DNA of 63,225 nt, filler included, from Chiloscyllium plagiosum (taxonomy: Eukaryota), in assembly GCF_004010195.1 (NCBI RefSeq). It is 4 parts of one record of this genome, joined end to end, with 100 filler letters (N's around TTAATTAATTAA, not from the genome) between each part and the next. Parts side by side here need not be neighbours in the genome. Positions count along the whole stretch, not along the records: positions 1 to 16,041 come from NC_057711.1; 3 more parts are not named here. One strand, 5' to 3'. The first letter of the stretch is position 1; the number at the start of each line of letters is the position of its first letter. Positions 1-14,149 of this stretch are shown here, piece by piece. The notes under the pieces are model-generated. The model was not told the origin of the DNA. It made no database searches and was given only the letters and a program-made list of their open reading frames with translations. Position numbers and translations under genes: made by a program.

Positions 1-240
1 TATACCTATCAGCCTTCCCTTTCACCCTGACAGGAATATACTTTCTCTGGATTCTTGTTATCTCATTTCTGAAGGCTTCCCATTTTCCAGCCGTCCCTTT
101 ACCTGCGAACATCTGCCTCCAATCAGCTTTTGAAAGTTCTTGCCTAATACCGTCAAAATTGGCCTTTCTCCAATTTAGAACTTCAACTTTTTGATCTGGT
201 CTATCCTTTTCCATCACTATTTTAAAACGAATAGAATTAT
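1..240 (-). mobile_element. CR1-clade LINE ORF2 fragment
   Basis: Minus strand reads ...FKIVMEKDRPDQKVEVLNWRKANFDGIRQEL..., typical CR1 endonuclease-RT linker. Confidence 0.8.
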
Positions 241-537
241 CTTTGGACTGTGGGAGGAAACCGGAGCACCCAGAGGAAACCCACGCAGACACGGGGAGAA
301 TGTGCAAACTTCAATCAGACACGGATCAGGGTGATTAGAGAAGTTTAGAGAGGAAGTCCAGACGTTTAGACTGGCGTGTGAATAATGGGCCGAACAGCCT
401 GATTTCAATGCTGTAAAAGCTCTACAGTAACATGGCTCCCTACGTGCAGCATTCATCACAGTTTGCATTTTGTTTTAATCCATCCTGTTATTGACCTTAT
501 TCTGATTGAAGTGGATGGAGAGTGATTGTTTGTGAAT

Positions 538-833
538 TCAGTCGGAACTGTGTATTGGTGGGTCAGGAGCATCATACACAATAACAACAGGGGGAGGGCA
601 GATTGGAATCCTGCCCCTAACAAATCCCATTGCAATATGCCATTTTCTCGTGAATTTCAATTGGTTTAAGAATTTTTTTTTAATCTCATCCCAATATATT
701 GATGCCCTTCTGACCATGTTATGAATTTGGACAGAGCGATATCTCTTTTCTCTGTGAACAAACAAAATACTAAGGAGTCGGATTGGGGAATGTATCCTCT
801 CACCGAAACAGGAAGAGGGAGATGTCATTCCCT
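538..833 (-). CDS. Candidate terminal coding exon of an unidentified gene
   Basis: Open frame in non-repeat-looking sequence, acceptor-like sites before 833 (tttatttcag) and 751 (tttgttcacag), TGA at 538-540, ATTAAA at 474-479. No family recognised. Confidence 0.3.
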
Positions 834-1741
834 CTGAAATAAACACAGGCCATGCTGAGAAATCTGATAAGGTCAGGCAGCATCTATAGAGAGAAGAGAA
901 AGGTTAACCCATGTGTTATGAGGTTGGGGGGATTCAGCAAAGCCAAAGGAAGTTAGAAAAGTAATGATTTCTGAGTAATTGGAATGGGGGTAACGCTGAA
1001 GAAAGAATGAGATGGTCTATAATAGGGTGGAGGCTGCAGATATTTAATGATAAATGGTTTCATGGAACCAAATCCAAAGGGATTGGGAATTGGTTCAGTA
1101 AACATCTAAGATCTCAGGAATTTTGAGCAGGAGGAGACTACACAGCCTGTTTAAACTGTTCAGTCCGTTCTGGCAGTCAATCCAATCGGAGCTGGTTTTA
1201 GATTTCAAACCCGGTTTCCTGTCCACTCCTCATATCCAGTGACTCCCTGAGACACGGGCAATCTGTCTATTCCAATCTGTCTATTCCAACGTCCTCAGTG
1301 AGGAAGCATCCACAATCCTCAGGGAGAGAAAATATTAAAGACTCAGAGGCCTTAGAGTGAGGAGTGGTCTCCTCATCTCAGTCCCAAATAACCTGCCCCT
1401 TATGCTGACAGTGTGTCAATCAAAACCGAATGAACTGTGGATGCTGTAACATTAACGCTGATTTCTCTTCACAGGCACAACCTGACCTGCTGAGCTTTTC
1501 CAGCAACTCCTGAAACTGTTATTGCGTTTCAGATTCCCAGGCCCACAGGATTAATTTCTCAGCATCTACCCTCTCAAGCCTTTTCAGAATCTGATACAAT
1601 CCAATGAAATCGACTTTCAATTTTCTGGAATATGGACCCAATTTATTCAGATATTCAGCATTGGAGCACACACATACCCAATAGTGAGCTTTATTTTGTG
1701 ATTCATTAACATGTTTGGGTCATCGCTGGCTGAGTCACCAC

Positions 1742-2779
1742 GATATAATTGCTCTGGTGAGGGTGACAGTGAGTTACCGTCTTGAACTGCTGCCATTCAT
1801 TTGGTGCAGATAAACCCACAACGATGTAAGGGAGGGAGTTCCAGGATTTCCAAACAATGGCACTTGTGGAATGGAGATGTTTTTTCCAAGCCAGGGTAGT
1901 GAGTGACTTGTTGTGGAATTGCCAACTGGTGGTGTTCCCGTGTATCTGCTGTGCTCAGCGTTCCACATGATAGTGCTGTGGGTCTGGAAGCCGCTCTCCA
2001 AGGATCGTTGGGGAATTTCTACAGTGCATCTTGTCTATGGTACACACTGCTGCTACCGAGTGTCGGTGGTGGAGACAGGGGATGTTTGTGGCTGTGGTGC
2101 TGAGCAAGCTGCACTGCAAGTTTATTCTACCTAATTATGGAGAACACAACTACTCTCTGTGGGATATAGGTGAATTAATGTTATTTCTGCAAATTATAAG
2201 TTCTGATACAGAGTAAATGAATTCACATTAGGTTGGGATTGTTTCGGACGAGAGCTGACTTAGCAAAAATGAGGAAACATATAATCCGTTAAAGAAAATG
2301 GTATGTTAGCATGAGACATGATTACAGAACAATGGTGGATGTATGGGCAAACAGGAAAAATCAGATATAATTGCTCTGGTGAGGGTGACAGTGAGTTACC
2401 GTCTTGAACTGCTGCCATTCATTTGGTGCAGATAAACCCACAACGATGTAAGGGAGGGAGTTCCAGGATTTCCAACCAATGGCACTTGTGGAATGAAGAT
2501 GTTTTTTCCAAGCCAGGGTAGTGAGTGACTTGTTGTGGAATTGCCAACTAGTGGTGTTCCCGTGTATCTGCTGTGCTCAGCGTTCCACATGATAGTGCAA
2601 TGGGTCTGGAAGCTGCTCTCAAAGGATCGTTGGGGAATTTCTACAGTGCATCTTGTCTATGGTACACACTGCTGCTACCGAGTGTCGGTGGTGGAGACAG
2701 GGGATGTTTGTGGCTGTGGTGCTGATCAAGCTGCACTGCAAGTTTATTCTACCTAATTATGGAGAACACAACTACTCTC
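1742..2779. repeat. Direct duplication, 416 bp x2 (1742-2157 and 2364-2779)
   Basis: Near-identical copies at constant offset 622 with a 206-bp spacer. Confidence 0.95.
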
Positions 2780-3145
2780 CATCATCATCAATCCATTTCA
2801 CAGACAGAAATCCAGTGATTACATGGATCTGTTGTATGAGTCTGTTAATTGCACAAATGGCCATGAGATTTTAACCAGATTCCCCTCTTTCCTGACAACA
2901 GGCGGAGGGACATCCCGCGACTGTTCCACTTTCTCATAGACACTTTCTGTAAAAGCTGGGAATGAGCTGATGGGACACAGATTGTGTTACAGATGGTTAC
3001 AATCAGGGCAGTGTCAGTTAATGTGTGTGTCTCTCACAATGTGTGTGTGCATATTCATGTGTGTTTCTGTCTCTGTGTTTTTGTCTGTGCGTACTCAATC
3101 TTTTCAGTCTTCTGGCTGTTTCTATTATTAACTGCTTTTCTTTAT

Positions 3146-3650
3146 AGTGCTGGAGTCGCACTACGACCAGGCAGGGCGCTGATCCGACCCGGACCTGCAC
3201 ATCACGATCCAGTGGGCCCACTCCACGCTCAGCCAGCCCGACTTGATCTCCAGCCCCAGCAACTCCAGGAGCCACTTCTCCAGGAATTCGGCCAAATTCT
3301 CCCTTTCCTCATGCAAGACCCACTACATGCAAGTTTTTTCTCCGACCCTGATTTTCGAGGTAGTCAGCCTGTTCCAGTAAGGCCTGAACCTGGCCAAGGT
3401 TCAGATCCACCCCTCAGAGTTCTTCATTGCAGTTTCCGATGCCGTGGTCCTTTGCTCAACTGCATCCACGTGTCGATCCAGCGACTGAATCTCCTGCTCA
3501 TGCTTTTTCAGCCTGGCAGGAATCGGTTCCAGCGCTGTTCCGCTTTTTCCACGGAGTTTCGCGAACTCCAAGAGTAGATGCTGTTGCTCCACCGAGCTCA
3601 GAGGCGCCACCATGGGAGTTGAGGTAGCAGCTGCAGGTGTAACCGACATA
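3146..3650 (-). mobile_element. L1-clade ORF1 remnant
   Basis: Coiled-coil-like stretch followed by DYLENQGRRKNLHVVGLA* (L1 ORF1p LENRSRRNNLRIVG motif); stops present. Confidence 0.75.
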
Positions 3651-4351
3651 TTAGGGGACTGGTACTGGAAGAGCACAGCAGGTCAGGCAGCATCCGAGGA
3701 GCAGGAGAATCGATGTTTTGGGCAAAAGCCCTTCATTACTGAGTCCTCACTTTCACACAGTAGCGGCGTCCCCAGCCTGCTATGCTCCTCTCGCTTTCCT
3801 TTTCCTTGTTTGCCTTCATCTCGACCTCAAAGCCTCCAAATCCAAATTGAAAAAGGTTCTGTGTGTTCTGCCTGCTTTACACTGACAACCTTTTTTAGGG
3901 GTGGCTAATGGAGTGGTGTGTGTGTGTGTATGTGTGTAGAAGCCCACCTTGCCTGGGATATGGCAGAGCCCAACATAGCAGACTTTTCAGACTGCTGCCA
4001 TCTTGAATCTCTGGGAACAGTCTTCTTAGATGAAGGACATTGAGGAAGCAAAAACTTCCCTTGTGCACAGGAGAGCTCAACTACATTGAGCACTTCTGGA
4101 CCTGACTGATACCCTGTTCCAACAGATGGAAACTGGTGCAGCAGATAATCAAGAATTGTGAACTAGTCTTTGGTCATGGTGAGGGTATTTGCTTTGCTTT
4201 GTGTTGGTGAACTGCAGCCTTTATTAATTTTATCTGTGGTCACCTTCGATGGCTCCAAATGAAACTGTTTTTTATATTTGTATTGCCTTGTGATGTTCCC
4301 CGATTGGACAATGATAAGCTACGGGGCTACAATGGGCACTGGGGACAGAGT

Positions 4352-4686
4352 ATCATAGAATCCCTACAGTGTGGAAGCAGGCCCTTTGGCCCAACAAGTC
4401 CATACCAACCTTGCAAAGAGTAACCCACCCAGACCCCTTCATTTACCCCTGACTAATGCACCTAACCTACACATCCCTGAATATTATTGACAGTTTAGCA
4501 CCGTCAATTCACTTAACCTGCTCATCTTTGGACTGTGGGAGGAAACGGGAGCACCTGGAGGACACCCACCCAGACAAGGGGAGAATGTGCAAACTCTACA
4601 CAGACGGTCAGCCGAGGCTGGAATCGGACCCTGGTCCCTGGTGCTCTGAGGCAGCAGTGCTAACCACTGAGACACCATGTCGCCCC
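4352..4686 (-). mobile_element. HE1-type tRNA-derived V-SINE
   Basis: tRNA-like head, central GGTTTCCTCCCACAGTCCAAAGA domain and LINE-derived tail; similar copies near 241-320, 9330-9615 and 47700-48050. Confidence 0.85.
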
Positions 4687-5459
4687 AGGTGAGTTAAGGA
4701 GGATGTTTAAGCAGGATATCTCTATGGACAAGTAAACTGTATCGCCTGGTAGTTAAACAGGGAGAGAGAATGGAGTTGTAAATGAAATAGAGTATCAGTC
4801 ATGTGCTGTGAGCAGCATGGTTTTGTGACTGCGAATGGGGTGAAAAGCGTGGTGCTGGAAAAGCACAGCATGTCAGGCAGCAGCTGAGGAGTAGGAGAGT
4901 TGATTTTTCAGGTGCAAGCCCTTCAATACATTCCTGCTGTAGGGTTTCTGCCCAAAACTCTCTTGCTCCTGATTGCTGCCTGACTTTCTGTACTTTTCCA
5001 GCGCCACACATTTTGACTCTGACTCTCCAGCATCTGTAGTCCTACTTCTTCCTAGATGCTGCGAGTGGGGGCCAATGCCAGATTGTTAATACTTGCCCTA
5101 GCTCACAGCACTTGATAAAGATGGCACAGCCAGAAACGATGTCTGTCTTTTGGTGGAAAAATAGCTGAGTGCTGAAATACATTTGTAGTCACATAGCTGA
5201 TATTGGCTAGACTAAGCTCTTATTCTTCTCCAGTATCACCCTGAAATACTAATCATTTTAGTGAATCCCAATTGCAGAGAATTCAGAATTCTCACACATA
5301 CTTCTCGAATTTCTTCTTGGACTAGCGGCTCCCTTATATTCAATTGCACCTAGTGTTGCATTTCCCAAAAGTGGAAAGATATTTTATATGTCTACCTTAT
5401 TTGAAAACACTTATAGAGTCATAGAGCCATAGAAATGTACAGCATGGAAACAGACCGTA

Positions 5460-7490
5460 AAGTTAGGATATCTTCCAGGAGAGTATCATCTCAAAGAAGA
5501 TGGGAATTCAAAACCAATTCAGTATCTGGAAAAGAAAAGATAAAAGAACCAGAAAAAAGTGTAATCAAGAAAGTGACAGTGCCTCCAGGGTGGATTAACA
5601 ACATGGTAGCTGTTAATCAACCAGAAAAATTGAGATTCTTCGTCGATCCAAAAAAATGTAAATAAAGCCATGAAAAGATCTCACTACTGCTATCAAAGGA
5701 ATTTTGCCACAACTTATAAAGGCAAAAGTCTTCACCCTAAAATGCAAAGGATGGTTACTGGCAAGTCAAGCTAGATGGAAGTATCAGCCCTCAAACTACA
5801 TTCTGGATGCTTGTCAAAAAATAAAGATGGTTGCAATACCGTTTGGCATTTCCATTTTCCCAGAAGAATATCAGTGCAGAAAACAAGACAGTTAGTGAAG
5901 TTTAGTGGAAGATCTCCTGGTTTATGAATGAGGAGACACAATGGAAGAAACCATTGGACACTCTGGAGGCAGAAGCATGTTTCCGCTGATGGGTGAGTCC
6001 CGAACCAGAGGGCACAGTTTAAAAATAAAGGGTAGGCCACTTAGAACAGAGTTGAGGAGAAACTTCTTCACCCAGAGAGTGATGGGTGTATGGAATGCTC
6101 TGCCCCAGAAGGCTGTGGAGGCCAAGACTCTGGATACTTTCAAGAAAGGGTTGGATAGAGCTCTTAAGGATAGTGGAATCAAGGGTTATGGGGATAAGGC
6201 AGGAACAGGATACTGATTGAGGATGATCAGCCATGATTATAATGAATAATGGTGGTGCTGGCTCAAAGGGCAGAATGGCCTACTTCTGCACCTATTGTCT
6301 ATTGTCACTGCTGACCATACCAAAATGTAGTGTGAGTAATTGACAGAGCTCTTGAGATTACTCAAAGCTGAACAAGAACAAATTATAATTAATGATGCCT
6401 GAAGTCAAGTACATGAGCCACAAACTGACAGCAAAAGGTCTTCAATTGAATCCTGACAAGGTTATTGTTGCAACAGCTGGAAATGTGTTGCTGGAAAAGC
6501 GCAGCAGGTCAGGCAGCATCCAGGGAACAGGAGAATCGACGTTTTGGGCATAAGCCCTTCTTCAGGAATGGTCTACTGCAACAGTAATATAAATGAAATG
6601 CAATGATTTATTAGATTTGTCAACTATTTGAAAAAATTCTTGCACAAATTTGCCACTGAAGTGAGAATCATTACACCAACTCATTGCCTAGGATATGCAG
6701 TGGTATTGGGCTTAGAACAACAGGTAGCATTTACTAAAAATCAATCAAGTAGTGAAGGACAAGCCACTGCTGAACGACTACGATATAAGCAATGATGACA
6801 GCAGGACAGAACTTATACAATCATAGAATCATACAACAAAGAAGACAGAACCTTTGGTCCAACTCTTCTTTCCCAGCCAGACATCCCAATCTAACCTCGT
6901 CCTATTTGCCAGCATTTGGCCCATGTCCCTCTAAACCCTGCATATATTCATCCAGATGCTTTGTAAATATTGTAATTATATCCATCTCCACCACTTCCTC
7001 TGGAAACACATTCCACACACGCGCCACCTTCTACATGAAGATGTTACCCCTCAGATCCTTTTTAAATCTTTCCCCTTTCACCTTAAACCTATGCTGTCTA
7101 GTTTTGGACTTTCCTACCTTCAGAAAAAGACATTGGCTATGCACCCTGTCCATGTCATGATTATATAAATCTCTATAAGTTCAACTTTCAGCCTCTAGCA
7201 CTCCAGAGAAAAAGAGCCCCAGCCTATCCAGCCACCCCTTAAAACTGGCACCAAACTGTAATGCAGCAAACACAACAGGATATATTTCACATCCAGGGAG
7301 GTTACACAAAAATAAGGATATGCCCAGATCAAGAAAAAGTACCGAGTCATTGTCTTTGCTTGTGAACATTTTCATAGATGTATACTTGGAAGAGACAGAT
7401 TTAGTCAAAACAGACCACAATCCACTTCAAAGCATTGTTCCTCAAGCCACTCTCTGTTCCAAACAAACTGCAAGGAATGTCACTCCAGTT
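5460..7490 (+). mobile_element. Decayed Ty3/Gypsy pol fragments interrupted by CR1 and Penelope pieces
   Basis: KVTVPPGWINNMVAVNQPEKLRFFVDPK (RT start), LIKAKVFT, VKTDHNPLQSI (RNase H); many stops and frameshifts. Confidence 0.7.
5960..6305 (+). mobile_element. CR1 3' end nested in the Gypsy remnant
   Basis: ESRTRGHSLKIKGRPLRTELRRNFFTQRVMGVWNALP and a short-repeat tail. Confidence 0.9.
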
Positions 7491-7944
7491 TCTTCTTGTC
7501 TACACCTTCTATGCCCCTCTTAATTTTATCTATCTCGATCATATCCCCTCTCAACCTCATCTGCTAGAAGGAAAATAGCCCCAGTCTGTCCAAACTCTCT
7601 TCAAAACTGAAACGCTCCAGGCCAAGCAACATTCTGCACTCTCTCCAGTACTATCACAACCCTCCTCTAATATAGATTTCAGAACTATACACAGAACTCT
7701 AGCTGTGGCCTAAAAAATGTTTTATACAAATCCAGCAATAAGTTCCTACTCTTTAACTCTACACCTCAGCCAATAAATACACCTTATGCATCTTAACCAC
7801 TTTATCCACGTGTTTGATAAAATAAAGGAAAAGTTATTTGCTGGTTTCCCTTCATATACAAAGTATCCTCTTGCACAGTCTATCATTCTTCAGGGCTTCT
7901 GCTGTTTTGGTATCTCCCATAAGCCTTCCTTTCTCTCCAACATT

Positions 7945-8580
7945 GAAAATAACACAACACCAGGTTATAGTCCCAATAGGTTTATTTGGAAGCACTAGTT
8001 TTTGATGTGCTGCCTCTTCATCAGGTGCTTGTGGAACAGGACCATAAGTCCCAGAATTTATAGCAAAAGGGTTATAGTGTCATGGAGCTTTAAAGATATA
8101 TTAAACAAATTTAGATTAAGTCTTTCATCTTGTAGAATGGTATATGCTAGTTTTGGTTCTTTAATATGTAAATCCCAGAACCTGTTTTAAATTACATTCT
8201 CAAGATAGCTTCAGCTTTCTAACAATAGGTACCCTCTGAGCTCAGCCAATGCACTAAAGGTGCGAGGTTAAAGTCCGTCTGAGTCCCAACATTGAGTCAG
8301 AACGGTTCTATTTCTAAAGTAGGATTTACAGAATCTTACATGGATTAATGCCGTTTTTGAGCAAAATTATATGTAATTCTGCAAATACAAGTTCACCCCA
8401 AAAACATATATGTGTGAACGTGCAGGAGAGACAGAGTGAGTGTGTGCGTGTGGGTATGAGTGCATGTGAAAGAGTGTGTGTATGTGTGTGTGTAAGCTTG
8501 GTCAAGTATGTGTGAGTGTAATGGGGTATAAGCCCGTGAGAGGGTGCGTGCATGGTTGAGAGTGCAGGGGATGCATGTGT
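7945..8580 (-). mobile_element. Penelope-like element 3' fragment
   Basis: Same terminal sequence (ACACAACACCAGGTTATAGTCC...CTTCATCAGG) as the GIY-YIG-bearing elements at 49.5-52.7 kb. Confidence 0.7.
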
Positions 8581-11500
8581 GCGCGTTCTCTCCAATGCTA
8601 TTTTTCTCCTCGATATCCAGGATTCACAGAATTTTATAGGCCTACTCTTTTTCTTTAATGGAACATGTTGGCCCTGCACTCTCCTTATTTCCTTCTTGAC
8701 TATACACCACTATTCTGAGACAGATTAATCTGAAAGTATCTACTCCCACTCCACTCTAGCCAAATTATACCTATCTTATTAAAACCAACCTTCCAACAGT
8801 TTGTAACTTAGATTGTAGGCCCATTCTTGCCATTTTCCTTAACAATCTTGAATCAGAGTTATGATTACTGTCTACAAAATGTTTCCCCACTGATACGTCA
8901 ATAACCTGCCTAGCATTGTTACCTCAGACTAAGTCCAGGACAATCCCTTCCCTTGAAGCCAGTGAGTTGAAGGCCCTACAAGAGCTATCCTGGATACATT
9001 TTAAGAATTCCATTCTTTCTGAACATTTCACACTACATCTATACTTCTCTGAAATTTTCCTACATATCAACTCCTGTATTTCTCTTGACTGTTAGGGTGC
9101 AGTCTAGTATACTTCCAGCTGTTTTATTGCTTCCTTTGGTTTTTTTAGTTCCTATCCATATGACTTCTAAGATTTCATACCTCCTGATCAAAATTGTGAC
9201 ACCTCCTCCTCTTTTACCTCTTAGTCCATCTCCCCCAAAGATTCTGCATCCTGGAATCTTGAGTTGCCAATCCTTCTCCTCCCTCAATCATCACATTATG
9301 GCACCATATTTTAATTTTGTAGAATCACAGAATTCCTGCAGTGTGGAAAGAGACCTACAGTCCATATTGTCCACACTGCTCCTTCAAAGAGCATCCCACC
9401 CAGAGCCAGGTCCCTATGTTACCTCCATAACCCCGCATTAACCATGCTAATCCACCTAACCTACACATCTTTAGACTGAGAGAGGAAACCAAGCACCCAG
9501 AGGAAATCCACACGGACATGGGGAGAATGTGACAAATTCGACACAGTCACCCAAGGCTGGAACCGAACCCAGATCCCTGGCACTATGAGGCAATGTTAAC
9601 TACTGTGCCACCATACCAATTTATGTCCTCAACTTATCTGTCTTGTTTGTCAGGCTCCTTACATTAAAATGAATACCATCCAACCTTGCCAAACTCCCTT
9701 GTGTCTTCATTAGTCTCTCATGTCTACGCCTTCCTGATTCACTTGCTATCGCTTCTAACTTTGGTCATTCATGTTCCTCTCCTGAATCTTCTCCCTGTCA
9801 ATGGAAAACTACTGTCAATGGAATATCTGAAACTTGCCTCCTCCAATAACACTCTTGAAGCTGGACTCCATCCAAAACAAAGAATCACACTTGATTGGCT
9901 CTCCATATACAACTATCAACATTCACTCCATCTATTACAAGCACACAGTGACTGGGATAATCAATTCCTGGGGCTGGGAGGGGGAGCGGGTTGGGTCTGT
10001 AGAAATGTTGGTGGAGGATGATGCTTGCAAGACTATGGGAGCAGGCACAGTTCTGCAGATTGGTGATGGCTAGCTCTGTCGGGAGTCTGCTGGGCATGCT
10101 GTGAGAACAGACCACTGGAAGGGTATTGTACAATGCATGTAATGAAATAGAACACCAAGGGTTAAAGGACATAGGCTGTCCCACAGCAAACACTCCACAG
10201 CATAGGAACTACCTAAAATACAAGAAGGCTGCTCACAGATAGTGGCACCAGTGTTTACATGCTCCACACAATTAACTGCAGCAGTACTTCAAGATTCTTT
10301 CAATAGCACATCTGCTGCCTAGAAAGACAATTATCACTACACTTAAATCTCATGTCCCACGCCATTCTGACTTGGAAAATACTTGCATTCCTTCATTTTT
10401 GCAGAGTCAAATTTCTGGACCTTTCTCCCTAAAAGCCCTGTGGACTGCAATGGTTCCAGGGGGCCTTCATGACCTTTTCAAGGGCGTTTAGGGAAGGGTA
10501 ATAAATGTCTATATCCCATGCAAGAATTTGTTAAAAATAATGTTTTTGCCTTTGGGTTTTTGTTCTTTCAATACCATGATTTAACTCTGCATCATTCAAC
10601 CAGTAGTTTACAGCTATACTGAGCTGCTCAGTTCAATGTCTGCACTACATTAAAACAATGCTTCAATTTAATGAAGCTTATAGAAAACAAGTTATTTCAT
10701 TATACAATTTTGCATATTTTTACACAACCCAATATGTGCTGCAAGGTGCTACAGATAAAAGAAAAGCAACTTGGATTTAAGATAGAAAATGTTCCAACAT
10801 TTTCCCAAAACATTCCCTAGCTTGTTTTTAATCAAAATATTGTTTGGGATTTATTTTATTTTATTAATTAATGAATTTATTAATTGATTTTATTTCAGTC
10901 ATCAAATGTTACACCAACATGATATCTGTTCAATTTAAAATTAAAATCAACTTGAATTAGTTCCTGCCTCTACAAAATGTTGGTTTCTATGGAGATCATC
11001 ATTTCAAGCTTGGGCCATTATATCAGGGAACATCTGTGCTCCTTGAATAGGCTTTGATCTTGATATACTAATTAGGCAACTTTAATTGATCAATGGTTAT
11101 TCCTTGCTAACAATACTTGCAAACATCAAAGCCTCAGCTAAATGATGCTGTTTCCATGGAACTTGGGACAACGTAGCAGCACCCACGCATTTTAGTATGG
11201 AGAGTTACCGACTGAATCAATTTAATCAAAAAGCATCTAACTTAAGTGATTCTCTTCTATTTTGCAGGGCCCTTGAAGGGAAAAAGTTACCTAAAAATTT
11301 TCTTCTGGAGTCGGTCAACCCTCAAACGAAATAGAATTTTTGATCAAAACTGAAAGAACTGCAGATGTTGTAAATCAAAAACCAGAGGTTACTGGAAAAG
11401 CTCAGCAGGTCTGGCAGCATCTGCAAAGAGAAATCAAAGTTAATGTTTCAGGTCTAGTGACCCTTCCTCAGAACATTTGATCAATGATTAGCAGGAGTGA

Positions 11501-14149
11501 CTGTGATCCAGAAGTGACTATGAAGATGCCACGCATAGTGATGGAGAATGCTCGGCCATTGACTTGGATCAATGAATACAAGGCATTTGCTACCTTATCT
11601 GAATGTACAAATTAGTAATAAAAAGAAAAAGAACAGGTGGCACAAACAGATAAATTGTTTGGATATATTTATCGGGACATTGTGTTTCAATTAAAAAGAC
11701 AATGAGAATGAAAAAGGAGGAGTAACACTCGCTTTAAAGAATGACATAAGGACAGTTGAAGATCAAGAAATAGAATCAGCATGGCTGGAGATTAGGAACA
11801 TCAAAATTTATAAAATAATGGTGGGAGCAGTTATTCATTGGATAGAACATTACCAAGAAATAATTAGAGTTTGTTACAAAAAATATGTAATAATCATGGG
11901 TGACTTGAATTTTCATAATGACTAAGCAAACCAAAGTAGTAAAAGTAGTCTAAAAGGTGTGTTTGCAGAATAAATTTGAGATCGCTTCCTGGAGCAAACT
12001 TGTGGAAGTAACAGAGGACAAGGCCATTGTGGGTAGAGACATTGAGACAAGGTTAATTATTAATCGTGCAGTTCGTGGTCCTCTGGGAAAAAGTTTTCAC
12101 AATACAATAAATTTCATTTTACATTTGAGAGTGACACACTGCAGTTCCAAGTAAGGATCTTAAACAAAGAAATTTACATATTTACAAGGGGAGGGTTGGA
12201 TTACAGTTGGTTAATTAAATAAAAAGGAAAGGTGATTAAATAGTGGAATTTTCCATAAAAATAGTCAAATATTCCATTAACAAGCAAAAATTCATTGAGG
12301 AAGTTCGATCCTTGGATTAAGGATGAACACTAGAAGAAACTTTTAATAAGGAAATCGGACATGATGTATGCCATAAGAGCAGGAACATAAATTGATGTGC
12401 TAACTTCAGTAAGATTTCACAAGAAAGATTACTCATGAGATTGTGTGTTTTAGAAATCAGCACAGGGCCCCCAGAAAGGAAACATAGAATGAATAAACTA
12501 GCCAGATTTTAAAAACTACCAAAGCATACAAAAAGAAGAGGGGTCTCACCTGGTGTAATGGTAGTGTCCCTACCTCTGAACGAGGAGACCCAGGTTCAAA
12601 TTCCATCTGAAGTGTGTAATAACATTTCTGAGCAGATTATTTAGAAAATAAATATTTAAAAAGGAGAGTAGCTAGCATAATCATTGCACTCTTAGAGGTA
12701 AAAACAAGAGAAGTTTTCGAAGAGGTCAGGAAATTGAAGACACTGAACAAATATTTTGGGCTGAATCTTACAGTTTTTGACTAAAGTGCAAATTGTGCTG
12801 CTTTTGTTGAGGAAGGAGTCTCGCCATGAGCAAACTTTCTTAACAGTTTCACTAAAGTTGCCACAATAATTTATGTTCCAACTCTTACAGCAAATATCAT
12901 GTCAGATTTCCACCGCATCTTAACATGGGCTATTTCCAGAACAACTTACCTCTCATTGAATACACCAGAATTAAACCATCATACCTGGCACAGCTCCCAT
13001 ATTTAAGAGGTTATTGTGTTCCTGCACAATCATTGCTAGTCTATAGCTGCCCTGCACAGTTCTTAACGTTTGGCCCAAACATGGTAAATCAGTCCAGCTC
13101 TGGAGGTGGGATCCTCAAGGTCCTGCTGGAAGGCAGAACTTCGTCTTGCCCCAGATCAGCAATGGAGGCCACAATACCACAGCATGGTGTGAAGTTGCCA
13201 CCAATGTACACTCCCAGTTAAGTGTGAGTACAGTTGCCCCAAGATTTCATTCAGGGTCAGCCCTCTGATCATGGCATAACTCCTGGCCCTTGAAGTCACT
13301 GTTCTGCACAGACTTCGGAGGTCCACACAACTGAGAAAGATAATTAGAGGGAATTTTCGTTGCCACTCAGGTTAAAGCAATCTCAGCTACCAGGAGAAAA
13401 GCCCAACAGTGTGGGAACAAGGTCAATTACTTCCTTCACTCTGCCAGCAGAAGTACCACCATCGTTTCTCCTAAACCTCATGCTCATTCTATCTTTGCTA
13501 CTCCACTCATCTCCCAACAAGGCTCATTCTGTACAAATCTCACTACTGCCTACATCTTCCCCATTTGCTCTCACCCACCCTATCTCAGGATGCCAGGAAC
13601 CCTGCACACCCTCTACAATGTCTACTCACTCAATCAGGACATCTCATCACCTGCATCAACTATAATAGCTACGCAACCCACCTTCATCCCCCTTAATAAC
13701 TCTCAGACTCTCATTCCAGGAGAAAAACAGTTCACACCATTCAGCTATTCACTCATAAAGAGAGGATCTCAATTCTGACAGTCCCAAACAGGACCGGAAC
13801 TAATATTGGAAGCTGAGCATGGAATCTTAGCAAAGGTTCATGACATGACTGAAGCTGGCTGACAACTATTATAAGCTTCTTGATTTTGTACCTTTATGGA
13901 AGATGACAGGACTATTTGCTTCATGTCACTGGCCAAGGGGGCAAAGCCCAAAAAGGCAAGGTAAGACAATGCAAGGCAGAGAAGCTGTGAGCATCCAAAT
14001 AGGAAGGATGCAAGCCTGAGAGGAATGACTATTCCAGACTATGGAGGCCTGCAGATCAAGGCCTCCCTGAACATGGATGACTTTGCTGTTTTCTGCTCGG
14101 ATCCATTTGTGACTAGTTTGAACTGGCATTAGGAGCAACATAAATCAAA

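Noticed and set aside
715..760. Minus-strand LFTEKRDIA..CPNS resembling GDA VFHERGASIAHCPNSN (exon 9)
   Set aside because: Needs a frameshift, hits a stop, and lacks the upstream TVMAHG and a good donor; probably coincidence.
2984..3577. 197-aa ORF with a hydrophobic N-terminus
   Set aside because: TG-rich low-complexity sequence joined to the antisense of an L1 ORF1 remnant.
12945..12970. VFNER|gtaagt resembling part of GDA exon 9
   Set aside because: Upstream in-frame stop and donor at the wrong position.
13100..13260. AWCEVATNV, possibly a Harbinger-associated Myb/SANT remnant
   Set aside because: Too short and degraded to support without a profile search.
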